From Balanoglossus misakiensis (Eukaryota; Animalia; Hemichordata): a stretch of 64,000 nucleotides of DNA. The notes beneath the pieces are model-generated. The model searched no databases. It was not told the DNA's origin and saw nothing but the letters and a program-made list of their open reading frames with translations. Each line of letters opens with the position of its first letter. The stretch's first letter is position 1. Position numbers and translations under genes: made by a program. Of this stretch, positions 43,301 through 53,679 are shown in pieces. The stretch is from NCBI GenBank assembly GCA_040954595.2, contig CM082585.2, positions 10,455,895 through 10,519,894 on the forward strand, in the 5' to 3' direction.

Positions 43301-46300
43301 ACACATTCAAATTCTGTTTTCGTCGTAATACCAAGTTTCCTCCTGCAATGGCTTCTCGCCAATGATTGAAAATCTGGCAGACTGGATCGGTCAACTTAAA
43401 CGTATTTAGTTGATCCCTCTTCTCGAATTTAATTTCCTCGTTGAAAAGTGTAGTCTTTAATCATACCCACGGCTATTGGAGACTCCATTTCAGGTACACC
43501 CTAAAGGGTTTCAATTTTGATAAATTGTCTTTCCTTGATGTGTTTTCCGATGCTTAATTTGATTCTAAATGAAATTGTTTCTCGGAAAATAGCATCCAGC
43601 TCGAAACACAAGACGTCAACTTGGAACCAAAAAACTCGCAAAGAATGTAGCTTGAATCATTTGGAGAGGGGTTCTCCATTTACAAATGTGTGTGTTCATG
43701 TCCTGATATTGAAACCAACCAATCAGTTTCAATCTTTGTATGTAATCTCTAAAACCAGCAGATGAGATGTCAGTAGAGACTTGGCTATTAACAGTACAGT
43801 GACTTTACGGTTGACTGCACTATTATACAAAGCATGTTCCTTTGACATTCAATATATAATAATGCACTTTGAGGCAAAGTGATTTTAGCGTGTTGACTTG
43901 GCAAATCAGTCCCATAGATCATGGATTACTCAGTAATGTTATCCTTAATTCATAGTCACACGTACAAGGAATTATATGAGTAACTCTGTTTCCGTTCCAT
44001 CCCAAAAGTTGTTATGTATAGCTAGGAGGTCGCTAAGATGTGACGATGAGGTGTGAAATGTCAGGTTGAATTTGTCGATTGTTGTGTGTCGGTGTGCTGA
44101 ACAGATTGGATGGCATCATTCGTATCTGATAAGGGTTCTTACGGACATAATACCATCCGGTGTCTTGTTTCCTATGGCTGTATAGAAAATGAAATTCGTA
44201 AAGGAAAACTTGTCTGGATTTGATGAACGTGTGTGTAAACTGGATGCTGACAGGAAGATCGAGAGAGCTTCGTATTTCCTGTGTGGTATCTTACAGTTAG
44301 GGCAGTGGAAAAGTTTAGACATGTTTGGGTTGGAGAGATTTCACAGTTAAAACCTAAATACTATTAATTTAACCCTTTCTGGCCGGATATCCTACAAATG
44401 TATATATAGGAGAAATTCGGCTTGAAAGGGTTAAAAGCAAAATATTGTATCGTCTGTGTGTCATCTCCAGATGGTGTTATACTGGTTGACCCGGAGTACT
44501 TAAAGGATCGCAAAGTCTTTGCACATGTATTGGCGGCGTTCCGCTATGGCCGGGAGGATCTGGACGTCCTGGGTCTGACTTTCAGAAAGGACCTGTATCT
44601 TGCCTCAATGCAAGTGTATCCACCAATCCCGGAAGAACAGAAACCATTGACCAGATTACAGGAGAGGCTGATTAAGAAACTGGGCCCCAACGCACATCCT
44701 TTCTACTTCGAGGTAACGATTATCAGATGTCACCGTCGGGCGGGATTATAGAAATCTCTCCATCGATCTTAGACATCTCTGGCTTTTTTTATCACAAATC
44801 TTGTGTGAATTTGTCATGTGGTTGAGTTTTGTTGCTGACAGCCTTTGTACACTCTAAAAAACCATCTTGACAAATTTTGAATCTTGAGAATGTAACAGAA
44901 AAAAAACGTCCCGGAAAACAGACAACAAATGCTGAAAATGTTAATATACTTCTGGAAATGCCTGCAAAATGGAGCTAGCCACTTGCCATTGAGCGAAAGT
45001 AGCAGAAGAGCCAACCTTGCTGTGAAAATTAAGCACCTGTTAAATGTTGTACAAATATTTCGTAACACTGTCTAGTTTGGAAATAGACGTACTGTATCAT
45101 CCCTGGAAGTGATTTTTCCCTCTGAAATTGATAAGGAGATCTGATTTTACCGTATCTCTCTTTACCAACCCCTCTCTCCCTCCAGATCCCGAAAAACTCA
45201 CCATCGTCTGTGACACTGCAACCTGCACCGGGAGATACTGGGAAACCCTGTGGAGTGGATTATGAACTCAAGACTTACGTGGCTGATTCTATTGACGAGA
45301 AACCTCATAAGCGTAACTCTGTGCGACTAGCAATACGTAAAATTACGTATGCACCGTCGACACCAGGACCTCAGCCGAGCGTTGAGGCCAGCAAAGAATT
45401 CATGATGAGTCCGGCCCCTCTTCACCTTGAAGCATCACTGGATAAGGAGGTGAGTTTTCTTGACTGCAAAATCTTTTGAAAGCAAAACCGCATGTGAATG
45501 TCTGTGAAATACTGCTTTCATCTTTATCTACATCCTCATATTCTTTCTTCATTCTTTTTCAGATGTACTATCATGGAGAAAGCATAGCGGTGAATGTTCA
45601 GATAACGAATAATTCAAACAAAACAGTGAAAAAGATTCGGATATCTGTTCGTCAGTTTGCCGATATTTGCCTCTTCTCCACAGCACAGTACAAATGCCCA
45701 GTGGCTGTACTAGAGACTGAGTAAGTAAATTCCATATGTGGTTTAACCCTTTCACTACCATGGTTTGGTCTAAACACACTATTTCCTATGGTTAGGTTGG
45801 ATCTCTTAATAAGGAAATGGGGGTGAAGTAGTCTGCATCACGTGCAGTTTTAGGGGTTCCTGTATTTTGAAAAAATAATAAAATAACTAGCTTGTTTATG
45901 ATTACCCAATCAATCTCAAATAAACTGGGATTCTAGTTTCAAGTAAGTATTCGCCTTGTTTTATTTTGTTAAGTTTGTTGTGTGCTAATGATATCATCAG
46001 GGTGGATAATTCTGGCCTAGATCACCGAAGTAAAATTCTACATACAATAAACTCCCGTCATAAATTCCCCCGTTTTATGAGTGAAAAGTCGTCATCTTAC
46101 AGCTATTTTCTGTTTCCCAGTTGTAAACTGCTCTCCAAGACCCTTGAATTGCATAATGCCATGACAACGCACATTGTGTGATAACTCTCTTAGTATAAAT
46201 GCACTGAAGACTACAATAAAATGTCTGTTTCTGAGAAGCAAAAATTTAATTATAAATATTTTGTAAGTTTTAAAATGGTGTTGGAGTATATGATTAAAAT

Positions 46301-49300
46301 TAAAAAAAGTCACAACATTTTTTAGGTTGTGTATAGCTTTGATGGATGTTTTTTTAGTCAAGACAACAATGCTAGTTTCTTGTGGGCAGATTCATTTGTA
46401 ATGATTAATGATGTATGGCCGCCAGATGTGGTTGTAAAGAAATAAAACAATCATTTGTCAGTTTACGATTGAAAACATCAAATCTTCCAATATCTCTGCA
46501 AATGTGAATAGTTACATTATAGGTCAAAAGAACTATATGATGATACATTTCTCGTTATTTCTCTCATCCTATTGATTGGTTGCTATGGCAATGCTTGATG
46601 TATGTTTGTCACCCCAGAAGGGAAATATACATATATCAATGGGATTTTGTGTATGAAACGTTGTGATTAGATTGCTGTGTCTCGTTTTTTTTTCTAGGGA
46701 TGGTTTTCCTGTGGGACCAAGCCAAACACTATCCAAAGTGTACTTTGTAACTCCCCTGTTGGCTAACAACCGAGATAAACGAGGTCTGGCTCTGGACGGC
46801 AAACTCAAACACGAAGATACCAACTTGGCATCATCTACCATGTAAGTACTGCAGAGGGCGCTGTTCACTGTCATGTGTGTTTCCAGGTGCAGAATGGTTG
46901 AATATGTCACAGATGACGAACCGTTTGAAGCAAAATTTTATTTACTGGCTAAACTCACAACCTTATGTTTCATAAACTTCAGGTGGTCCTATGATTAAAT
47001 ACAGATTTTGGTCAATCCAAGCAGAATTTGAGAAACCTGCAATTCAATGATTTGACATTACTTTCAACTGTACTAATATTACATCCTTACATGTAACTCT
47101 TGCAGTATCACAGATGAATCACAGAAAGAGAATCTGGGCATTATTGTACAGTACAAGGTCAAGGTCAGACTTATCGTGGCATATGGAGGGTAAGTCACAA
47201 TTAGTTGTAAATCATCGGGGTGGTGTGTCTTTACGGCCATCTTGGAAACATGATGCATTGTGGGATAGCTGAAGGTTAACTGGAGGGGCACTTGACATAG
47301 GAACATGTAGAGCACAAGTGGTATCTTCTGCGAGTGCCTCTCCAGTTCTTCTATCCCACAACCCACCAAGTTTTCCAAGATGGCGGTCAAGACAAACCTC
47401 GCCTTTACACAAAGACACAAACTCCCATAATATACAGTTTAAAGTTTCAAATTGTGTAATATTTTGAAGGCTGTCCTATTACTATGTTTGACTCAAGGAT
47501 TGTAACATTTTGTTGTCATGATAACCTAGCTAACAGAGAGTTTCCTTGTTGCCATGACAGTGACCTGGCAGTGGAGTTGCCATTTACTTTGACTCACCCG
47601 AAACCACCAGAGTCTCCACCACCAAGCCGACCAGAAAGCACACAGCCAGGTATGAAAGACTTCTTCCATTTGAATCCAATTTTTAACCCTTTCACTCCCA
47701 TTCAGAATATGCATCCCATGCCTACACAGCTAGGGGACCCAACACATCCCTAAGATGTGCACATCATATTGTACAGGGCTGTGCTGACATTTTTCCTGTT
47801 CTTTCTTTTTACAGCAGGAACTGATGCAGAGGTACCAGTGGACACAAACCTGATCACATTTGACACCAAGTAAGATTCTCACTTTTTCATCATCATTTGA
47901 GAGACACACAGAATTTTTGAGTATTTTCAAAGTGGGCAGAAAGTTTTGTACATGATGTGTGGGAATATCTCAGCTGCAATATGGTCCAGCAGGGAATTAC
48001 AAAAACAGATGAAAGCAATTACATTTTTGTAGAAACGCATTGTTAGATGAATCCATTTCAGATTACAGTACAGGTATAATTACTAAACAGAAATGAGGAT
48101 TATACCAAAATAGTTATTATACCAATGAATAGTTCAGTAAATGAGTTGTACATTTGGATCGCCCTTACCCTCCGTTCGTCATTAAAAACCAATCCTCTTT
48201 CGTGTCTAGAGTCTCATTTGGATGCATTGTCCAGTATTATGAAAATCTATTTCACAAAAGAAGATCTTTTTCCCCATTTCAATCAGTGTGCAGATTAGCG
48301 CCTAACGTTAGAATAAATTGCCAAGCAAAATTGAGTGACATTTCAAATAAATACATGGACATCATAATCACACTGCCTTTGTCCATATGTCCTGAATGTA
48401 TCGTTGACATAACAGACATAATCAAGGTTCTTCTCTAATTCTTGACCCCTGACCTTATCATGAAACTACATGTTTAAGGCTGCATTCACAAACACCTCTG
48501 GAGGGGGGGGCAGGAGAATTGAGGGGGGGGATTTGAAAAAATTGAGGGTATGTAAGGGGGGGGGGATTTGAAATAATTTAGGGACTGAAAGGGGGGGACT
48601 TGAAAACTTTAACAACTAAATATTTATTTTGAGTCCACAAAAATGCAGTTTCGCGCCCTTTATTTTACAAAATTTTCTAATCCCACACCCACCCCCTCCA
48701 TTCATCAACACCTTTCAATCATTGACTGGTTTATCTAGCGTCCCAGATCAGGGGACTTGCCCCACCCCATGATAACTTTGAGCGGCGACGGTTAAATTTG
48801 TCCTCCCCAACATACCGGTAGTTGAGTTAATTTGCTTTTGCCGGGTTCATTAAAATGCAACTTTGAGCTCTGTATTTTAGAAAATTTTCTTACGTACCCA
48901 CCCCCTTCAATTCTCGGTTTACAATGTCTCCCAACACAGAATACAAATATATGTACTAAAAAAATAAAAACAATGTTCAGTTTTAATACCCACTGATGAG
49001 GGGAAACATCAGCTTCAAATTCTTTTCATGGGAGCGCTGTTTTTCTTTTTACAAGATAGATAGGTGATGTGTTTTGCTCTGTGAAAGAAAATGGGGGGGG
49101 GGATTTCAAAATTTTGGCAGTTCGGAAGGGGGGGATTTGAAAATATTGGCAGTTCGGAAGGGGGGCATGTGAAAATTAGCGGTAAAAAAAATTGAATTCT
49201 CCCGCCCCCCCCCCTCCAGAGGTGTTTGTGAATGCAGCCTAAGTGACGTCTTTCAATTACCATCATGTCTTCATGTTAAATGCAGCCCAGGTTACCATGG

Positions 49301-51052
49301 CAGCATTGGATGTATATGCTATACCTTACTCCCTTTGCTTTTGCAGCTTGCTTTGCATTGTGGGAAATTGGCATTTTTTTGCAATGCCAGAACTTTGGTC
49401 AGTGCTTACGTTCAAGGTCATATTCTGGGCTTTGTCTTTTTTTTTTTACAAAAAAACTTTCTCATCAAGGGTGATGAAAGGTCCCAAGCATTTTGCATGC
49501 AGTTTTTGCATCATGTTCCATGTTTCCGACTAACACATAGAGCCTCCAACTGTTGTGTACATCCACTAAAAATTGTGTTCTCACGCATACGCAGGGACGA
49601 TCAGGACCCCAACAATAGAGCCAGCAAATATTGCGTTGGCAAAGTCATGCACGGATACAGGTACATTTTCATGTCCCACATTCATCGTCAGTTTGTACCG
49701 CTGTTGCAATTTTTTTTCTCTTACTGGTGGACCAGTGTTAATTCGTACGCCTGTGTACTGCGCCTCCAATCTCTGCTCTGCTGTGAAAACTGTGTTGTAT
49801 TTTGCATGACTTCTTGTGTCAAGGGTGTCAATCTTTCTTCTCTTTCACCAAATTTATTCAGGTTTGTGTTCAACAACTGCATTTGCACTGCACTCATATG
49901 TCCTCTAGTCTGTCGGAACTCTTGTCAATTCTGTAAAATACAAACAAGAAAGTTAACTATTTCAGAACTATTTCAAAATCCCAAATATTTCAGTATAATT
50001 TTTAATGGCTGGGTGGCAAGTGAAGGGATAAAGCATTGGAAAGGACAGTGTTTTTGTATGAAATTTCTTGTAGTCTTCTTGCGTTGGAAGGGTCCTGATC
50101 TTTGCCATGTGTTGCTGCTGTCTGTCATTCACTGCCAGTAATTGCCATTGTTTAATGTGAGTAACTGCCACTTGCATGTGGTGTCATGTTCATCGACATT
50201 ATATCATGTATCTCATTGTCACTTTCATACATGTAAACTAACACTCAATGTTGAATCTCATCATCTTATTGGTTATGCACCAAGTTATCACAAGTTGTGT
50301 AATTATCTGCCATCGTGGTGTCTTTATTTTTATTTTCTTTCAAGTTCACGTTAGATTCAACCAAACACGACCACACTCTCGTATTCTGAGTAAGCGAGTG
50401 TGTTTTGCCGACACTCCCACTGCATTGTGGGATTGTCTCACAGCTTAGATGAGCTGTGCACTTTGACCCCAGTGGTACACATGTACTCAAAATTTCAGTT
50501 TGACTGATCAGTCACAAATCAGTCAAGTTTCCAGTCAAGTCTGGATGCCCAGTACAGGATACAAGTTGTCAAGCAGTTTTTAAAAACCCACACGTGGTAA
50601 ATCTTTGTAAATCCAAGCTTGTAACTGAAGACAGTTTACTTTTACCAGATTTCGTCATTTCACATGCGTTCTGCAGCAGTTATTTATTATTTTATTATTA
50701 ATTCTTTATTTTTAACTGTAAATGTGTCCAGATAGTTCTATCTTTCAAACATCTTTTCAGGAATTCTGATTACTTGTTGGGAAGTTAATACAGCCTCCAT
50801 GAAACATGAGGGCTACATCTTGCAACATTTTTACAGCACAGTCAGATCCACGTGACAGAGTGGTTTGTTTCAGAGTAAGTTCTTTGTGTGGCTGTGCCAC
50901 AAATTTTGACCAGCATTTCTAATCATAAAATGTGTTGTATTCATTACAGCGGTGAGGCCAACCAGTACCAGGACCGAGACGATGATTTTATCTTCGAGGA
51001 GTTCGCACGTCTACGTGTCAAAGGAGCAGAAGGGGAAGAAGCTGATGCCTGA
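10769..51052 (+). CDS. ARRB1: Beta-arrestin (non-visual arrestin), complete gene, 11 exons, about 436 aa
   Basis: Exons 10769-10848, 35533-35563, 43124-43184, 44471-44712, 45186-45449, 45563-45720, 46698-46841, 47106-47189, 47561-47649, 47815-47869, 50950-51052. All GT-AG and phase-consistent. Motifs: [58 protein letters not shown], clathrin box LITFD, AP-2 motif [12 protein letters not shown]. Probably co-orthologous to ARRB1 and ARRB2. Confidence 0.96.
10905..10963. repeat. Three-copy tandem repeat of 20-21 bp
   Basis: Core TCTTGTGCATTTCA repeated three times just inside beta-arrestin intron 1. Confidence 0.8.
14565..14840. repeat. (ATGT)n microsatellite, about 69 units
   Basis: Perfect tetranucleotide run. 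Confidence 0.98.
23763..24204. mobile_element. 442-bp zero-spacer palindromic MITE, P-element-like
   Basis: CATAGGG...CCCTATG termini; 7-bp direct repeat GTCACAA at 23756-23762 and 24205-24211; arms complementary up to the centre AGG|CCT (23992/23993); (TTG)n/(CAA)n tracts in the arms. Confidence 0.88.
25200..25356. repeat. (CAT)n microsatellite
   Basis: Near-perfect from 25251, degenerate upstream. Confidence 0.95.
27945..28120. repeat. Degenerate (CCAT/CCCA)n low-complexity tract
   Basis: Mixed CCAT, CCAC and CCAA tetramers. Confidence 0.8.
30598..30639 (+). CDS. Candidate 42-nt cassette exon of beta-arrestin
   Basis: T-rich tract and TTTCAG acceptor, GAG|GTAAAG donor, phase 2-2, stop-free ([14 protein letters not shown]). 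Confidence 0.45.
35533..35563 (+). CDS. ARRB1: Beta-arrestin exon 2 (31 nt)
   Basis: Strong polypyrimidine tract and CAG; [10 protein letters not shown]; donor GTAAGG. Confidence 0.95.
39858..39911. mobile_element. 54-bp mini-MITE with 9-bp TSD
   Basis: Perfect 23-bp TIRs (TAGTCTAGAATCTATCCGTTCGT), 8-bp spacer, TSD CTACATACA at 39849-39857 and 39912-39920. Confidence 0.88.
40262..40600. repeat. Degenerate minisatellite, about six copies at 50-75 bp spacing
   Basis: Core CTTATCTGAGTCATAATTCTCCAC recurs near 40263, 40313, 40363, 40431, 40503 and 40577. Confidence 0.7.
43124..43184 (+). CDS. ARRB1: Beta-arrestin exon 3
   Basis: [20 protein letters not shown], donor GTAAGT. Confidence 0.96.
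44373..44430. mobile_element. 58-bp piggyBac-like mini-MITE
   Basis: TTAA|CCCTTTC...GAAAGGG|TTAA with an imperfect internal hairpin. Confidence 0.75.
44471..44712 (+). CDS. ARRB1: Beta-arrestin exon 4
   Basis: [17 protein letters not shown]...[20 protein letters not shown]...HPFYFE. Confidence 0.97.
45186..45449 (+). CDS. ARRB1: Beta-arrestin exon 5
   Basis: [27 protein letters not shown]...[10 protein letters not shown]...[10 protein letters not shown]. Confidence 0.97.
45563..45720 (+). CDS. ARRB1: Beta-arrestin exon 6
   Basis: [25 protein letters not shown]...[18 protein letters not shown]. Confidence 0.97.
46698..46841 (+). CDS. ARRB1: Beta-arrestin exon 7
   Basis: [30 protein letters not shown]. 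Confidence 0.97.
47106..47189 (+). CDS. ARRB1: Beta-arrestin exon 8
   Basis: [28 protein letters not shown]. Confidence 0.95.
47217..47404. mobile_element. Degenerate MITE-like inverted repeat (beta-arrestin intron 8)
   Basis: GGTGTGTCTTTACGGCCATCTTGGAAAC pairs imperfectly with GTTTTCCAAGATGGCGGTCAAGACAAACC; no TSD visible. Confidence 0.5.
47561..47649 (+). CDS. ARRB1: Beta-arrestin exon 9
   Basis: [29 protein letters not shown]. Confidence 0.95.
47815..47869 (+). CDS. ARRB1: Beta-arrestin exon 10 (clathrin box)
   Basis: [17 protein letters not shown]; tandem CAGCAG acceptor (start 47815 or 47818); donor GTAAGA. Confidence 0.93.
48478..49239. mobile_element. 762-bp PIF/Harbinger-like non-autonomous element (beta-arrestin intron 10)
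   Basis: Over 30-bp TIRs GGCTGCATTCACAAACACCTCTGGAGGGGGGG; 3-bp TSD TAA on both sides; subterminal GGGGGGATTTGAAA repeats. Confidence 0.88.
49595..49660 (+). CDS. Candidate 66-nt cassette exon in the beta-arrestin C-tail
   Basis: Branch-like CACTAAA (~49564), GCAG acceptor, CAG|GTACAT donor, phase 2-2, stop-free ([21 protein letters not shown]). Confidence 0.4.
50950..51052 (+). CDS. ARRB1: Beta-arrestin exon 11 (terminal, AP-2 motif)
   Basis: [33 protein letters not shown], stop TGA 51050-51052. Confidence 0.95.
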
Positions 51053-52000
51053 GATGTCAATTCATCAGCTTTGGGAAAGAAACCTAAAAAAAAAACACCC
51101 AAAGATTTCAGAATTAACAATGTATTTTGTCACTTCAACATTTTTTAAAACGCTGCCTGCTTTCATTGAGGATCAATGAATATGCATAGATGAAAGGGGT
51201 TACAATTTTATGCACCATTGAAACAAACAGCCAAAAAAAAAAATCTTTTCATCAAACGAAGATTCACTCAGACTAGAACTGAACTTGAATTTGAAGCAGA
51301 AAGTGATTGGCACTCTCGTTATGTGTACGTAATATCATAATGTAAGACACTTATTTTAACACTCTAAGTGGTATGATGAACCTTATACATGTAGATGACT
51401 AAGTGTGGTTCATTCCATTATCGAAATAGAGGGTGAGAGTCAACAAAGAGGGACTGTTCAATATGGCGATGAGCTTAATTTTACTAAATCAGGCTGACAG
51501 TAGAAAAAAAAACATTCACACAGCATAAACATTAATAATTGTTGTGTTCTGTTCAGTGGTAGAAAATGGTGCACATTTTTAAAAATAATTTTGATGTTTC
51601 TGAGAAATATCTTAAGAATTGGTCGACTGTACTTTAAAAAAAATTCTGGTCCTGTTTCTGAAAATGGAATGTAAAGCCAAATGAACTGTTTCGTGGGTTT
51701 GTTATACATCTTAGCCAATACCTCTGTGTTAATTTTATAGCAAGGAAGATGCAGGGGGTAATGTTTACAATAATTTGGTCATTTCTAGTTATTGTTTCGT
51801 ATAATTGTGTTTTCTGTCTTTGTAAATGTAACTTTATCTTTGTAGGTACTTGCACCGACTTTGTAAACTTTTTCCTGCAGAGATTTTAGATTTCAAAACA
51901 GATTTATTATTTTCTCCTTTATATAATTGTGGGATCATTGAATTAGTGAAATAATCAAAACATTAGTGATGTATAAATATTTATCCTTGCCTTACTGGTT

Positions 52001-52079
52001 ACCTTTGACATGTCAGGATGACCTTTGACATGCAGGAATAACCTGTGATGTGTAAGGGTGACCCGTGACATGTCAGATA
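52001..52079. repeat. Four-copy 20-bp tandem repeat in the presumed 3' UTR
   Basis: ACCTTTGACATGTCAGGATG and three diverged copies. Confidence 0.75.
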
Positions 52080-53223
52080 CACTGGAGTATATAGGTTAGG
52101 TAAATTTTCAGTTGGTATTAATGAGGCAGCTATTTTAGGACAAGAATGTTTATGTTCATTTGAAGCTCAGAAATCATTTGTAGAGATGACCTGTGTTCAC
52201 TCTTGTGTCAGCATGGGTTGATAGAAGAGGAGATGAAAACATTTCTTTTCTTTTTTTTTGCAGAACCAAGTGATGTATTTATGTCTTGATTTTAGGTTTT
52301 ACAGGCTAACATATGTTGTTCTTGATACAGCCATAGTTTGGGTCGGCCACTTGGGGTACATATATTGGTTGCACTGATATTCATAAAATAGTATCATGAG
52401 GATTCTAATTACAAAACTTTTGATTGTATCTTGTAAACTTTCTAACTAAGTTACTAAGATCATGAGAGACAGAGTGCTCTTGTCTGGCACAAGCGATCAA
52501 ACAATCACAGAGGCTTATAATTCCATATTCAGGTTGTAATATTTCTGTTACGTGATTTCATGTGTCTAGAACAAAATCAGTGTGCATTTGGTGAGGAGGG
52601 CTTTAGTTGAATTAACTTAACTAGAATCAATGTCTGAGATGAATTTGAACCAATGATGTGTAACTTGTCGTGAATATCACATATTTCTTAAAATTTACAT
52701 ATACATGTAGTAAACTTTGCAATCCATGTCTTGTACCAATTGTTTGTTTTTCTTTGATGACACTTCTGTGATAGCTTTGTACGTTTTGCGTTGTGAGATA
52801 TCTTTTCTTGATGTGAGCAACAATCTGTACAATGAGGATGACAGCATCAGGCTGTTTAAAATCATCACAATTTAATTATTGATAAGTTCATGCTTCTGGA
52901 ATTCCTATACATAACACAGGATACATGAGTTAATTCAGAAAAAAAAAAATGTTTTGCTTCTACATGTATCTTATTACATGGTGCACCATTCGATGAAAAG
53001 TTTGATTTGCAGCGTTCAAACTAGTGAAACAAAATATCGCTTTCGCTACAAAAATTACAGACCCTTTTTCAGTGCGCAAGTGTTTATGTCACTGCTGTAA
53101 AAGTAGTTCTTGTCTAATTATGGGACATAAACAAATAATATAGTCTATTTTCCTGTCATTGTTTAAATCTCACACACATTGTGGGAATATGTATTAATAT
53201 AAAAATATGGTATATTTACATGT

Positions 53224-53229
53224 AATAAA
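53224..53229 (+). terminator. Candidate polyadenylation signal of beta-arrestin
   Basis: AATAAA about 2.2 kb after the stop; further AATAAA at 53534 and 53619. Confidence 0.35.
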
Positions 53230-53679
53230 CATTGGTTACAATTGGAACAGAATAATATATACATACATGTTACTCTTATGAAATGTGAAATAATGTGAAA
53301 TAATTTAATTTTTAGAATCAAAGAAACAAAACCTTGCCTCTTACTGAAGTGCTGTTTTTACGACATCTAGTCCCATTATTATCCGTTGAAATGGAATAAT
53401 CCAGTTGACAGGGTCATTCCATTATGTACAGGGTGGAAGGGTTGAACAGCAGTTTATGTACTTGTGTTTGCCAGCATCACTTCATAATTTATTTTGTAGT
53501 CATGTGGGTCTCAGGTGTTGGTCATGTGACCACAATAAAAGCAGTCTAACACAGAAAATTTTGGCAGAACAACTCTCCAACACAGTTATTATGTTGTCTG
53601 TAAAGCACTTTGGTCATGAATAAAAATTCTTGTCATTTCACCGTTTCACATTTCTGACTCAATTTATTAGTCCTCACCA

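Noticed and set aside
49335-50141. 268-aa plus-strand ORF
   Set aside because: Non-ATG start and Cys/Phe/Leu-rich composition typical of T-rich intron, with no recognisable domain. Only the 66-nt segment is kept as a candidate exon.
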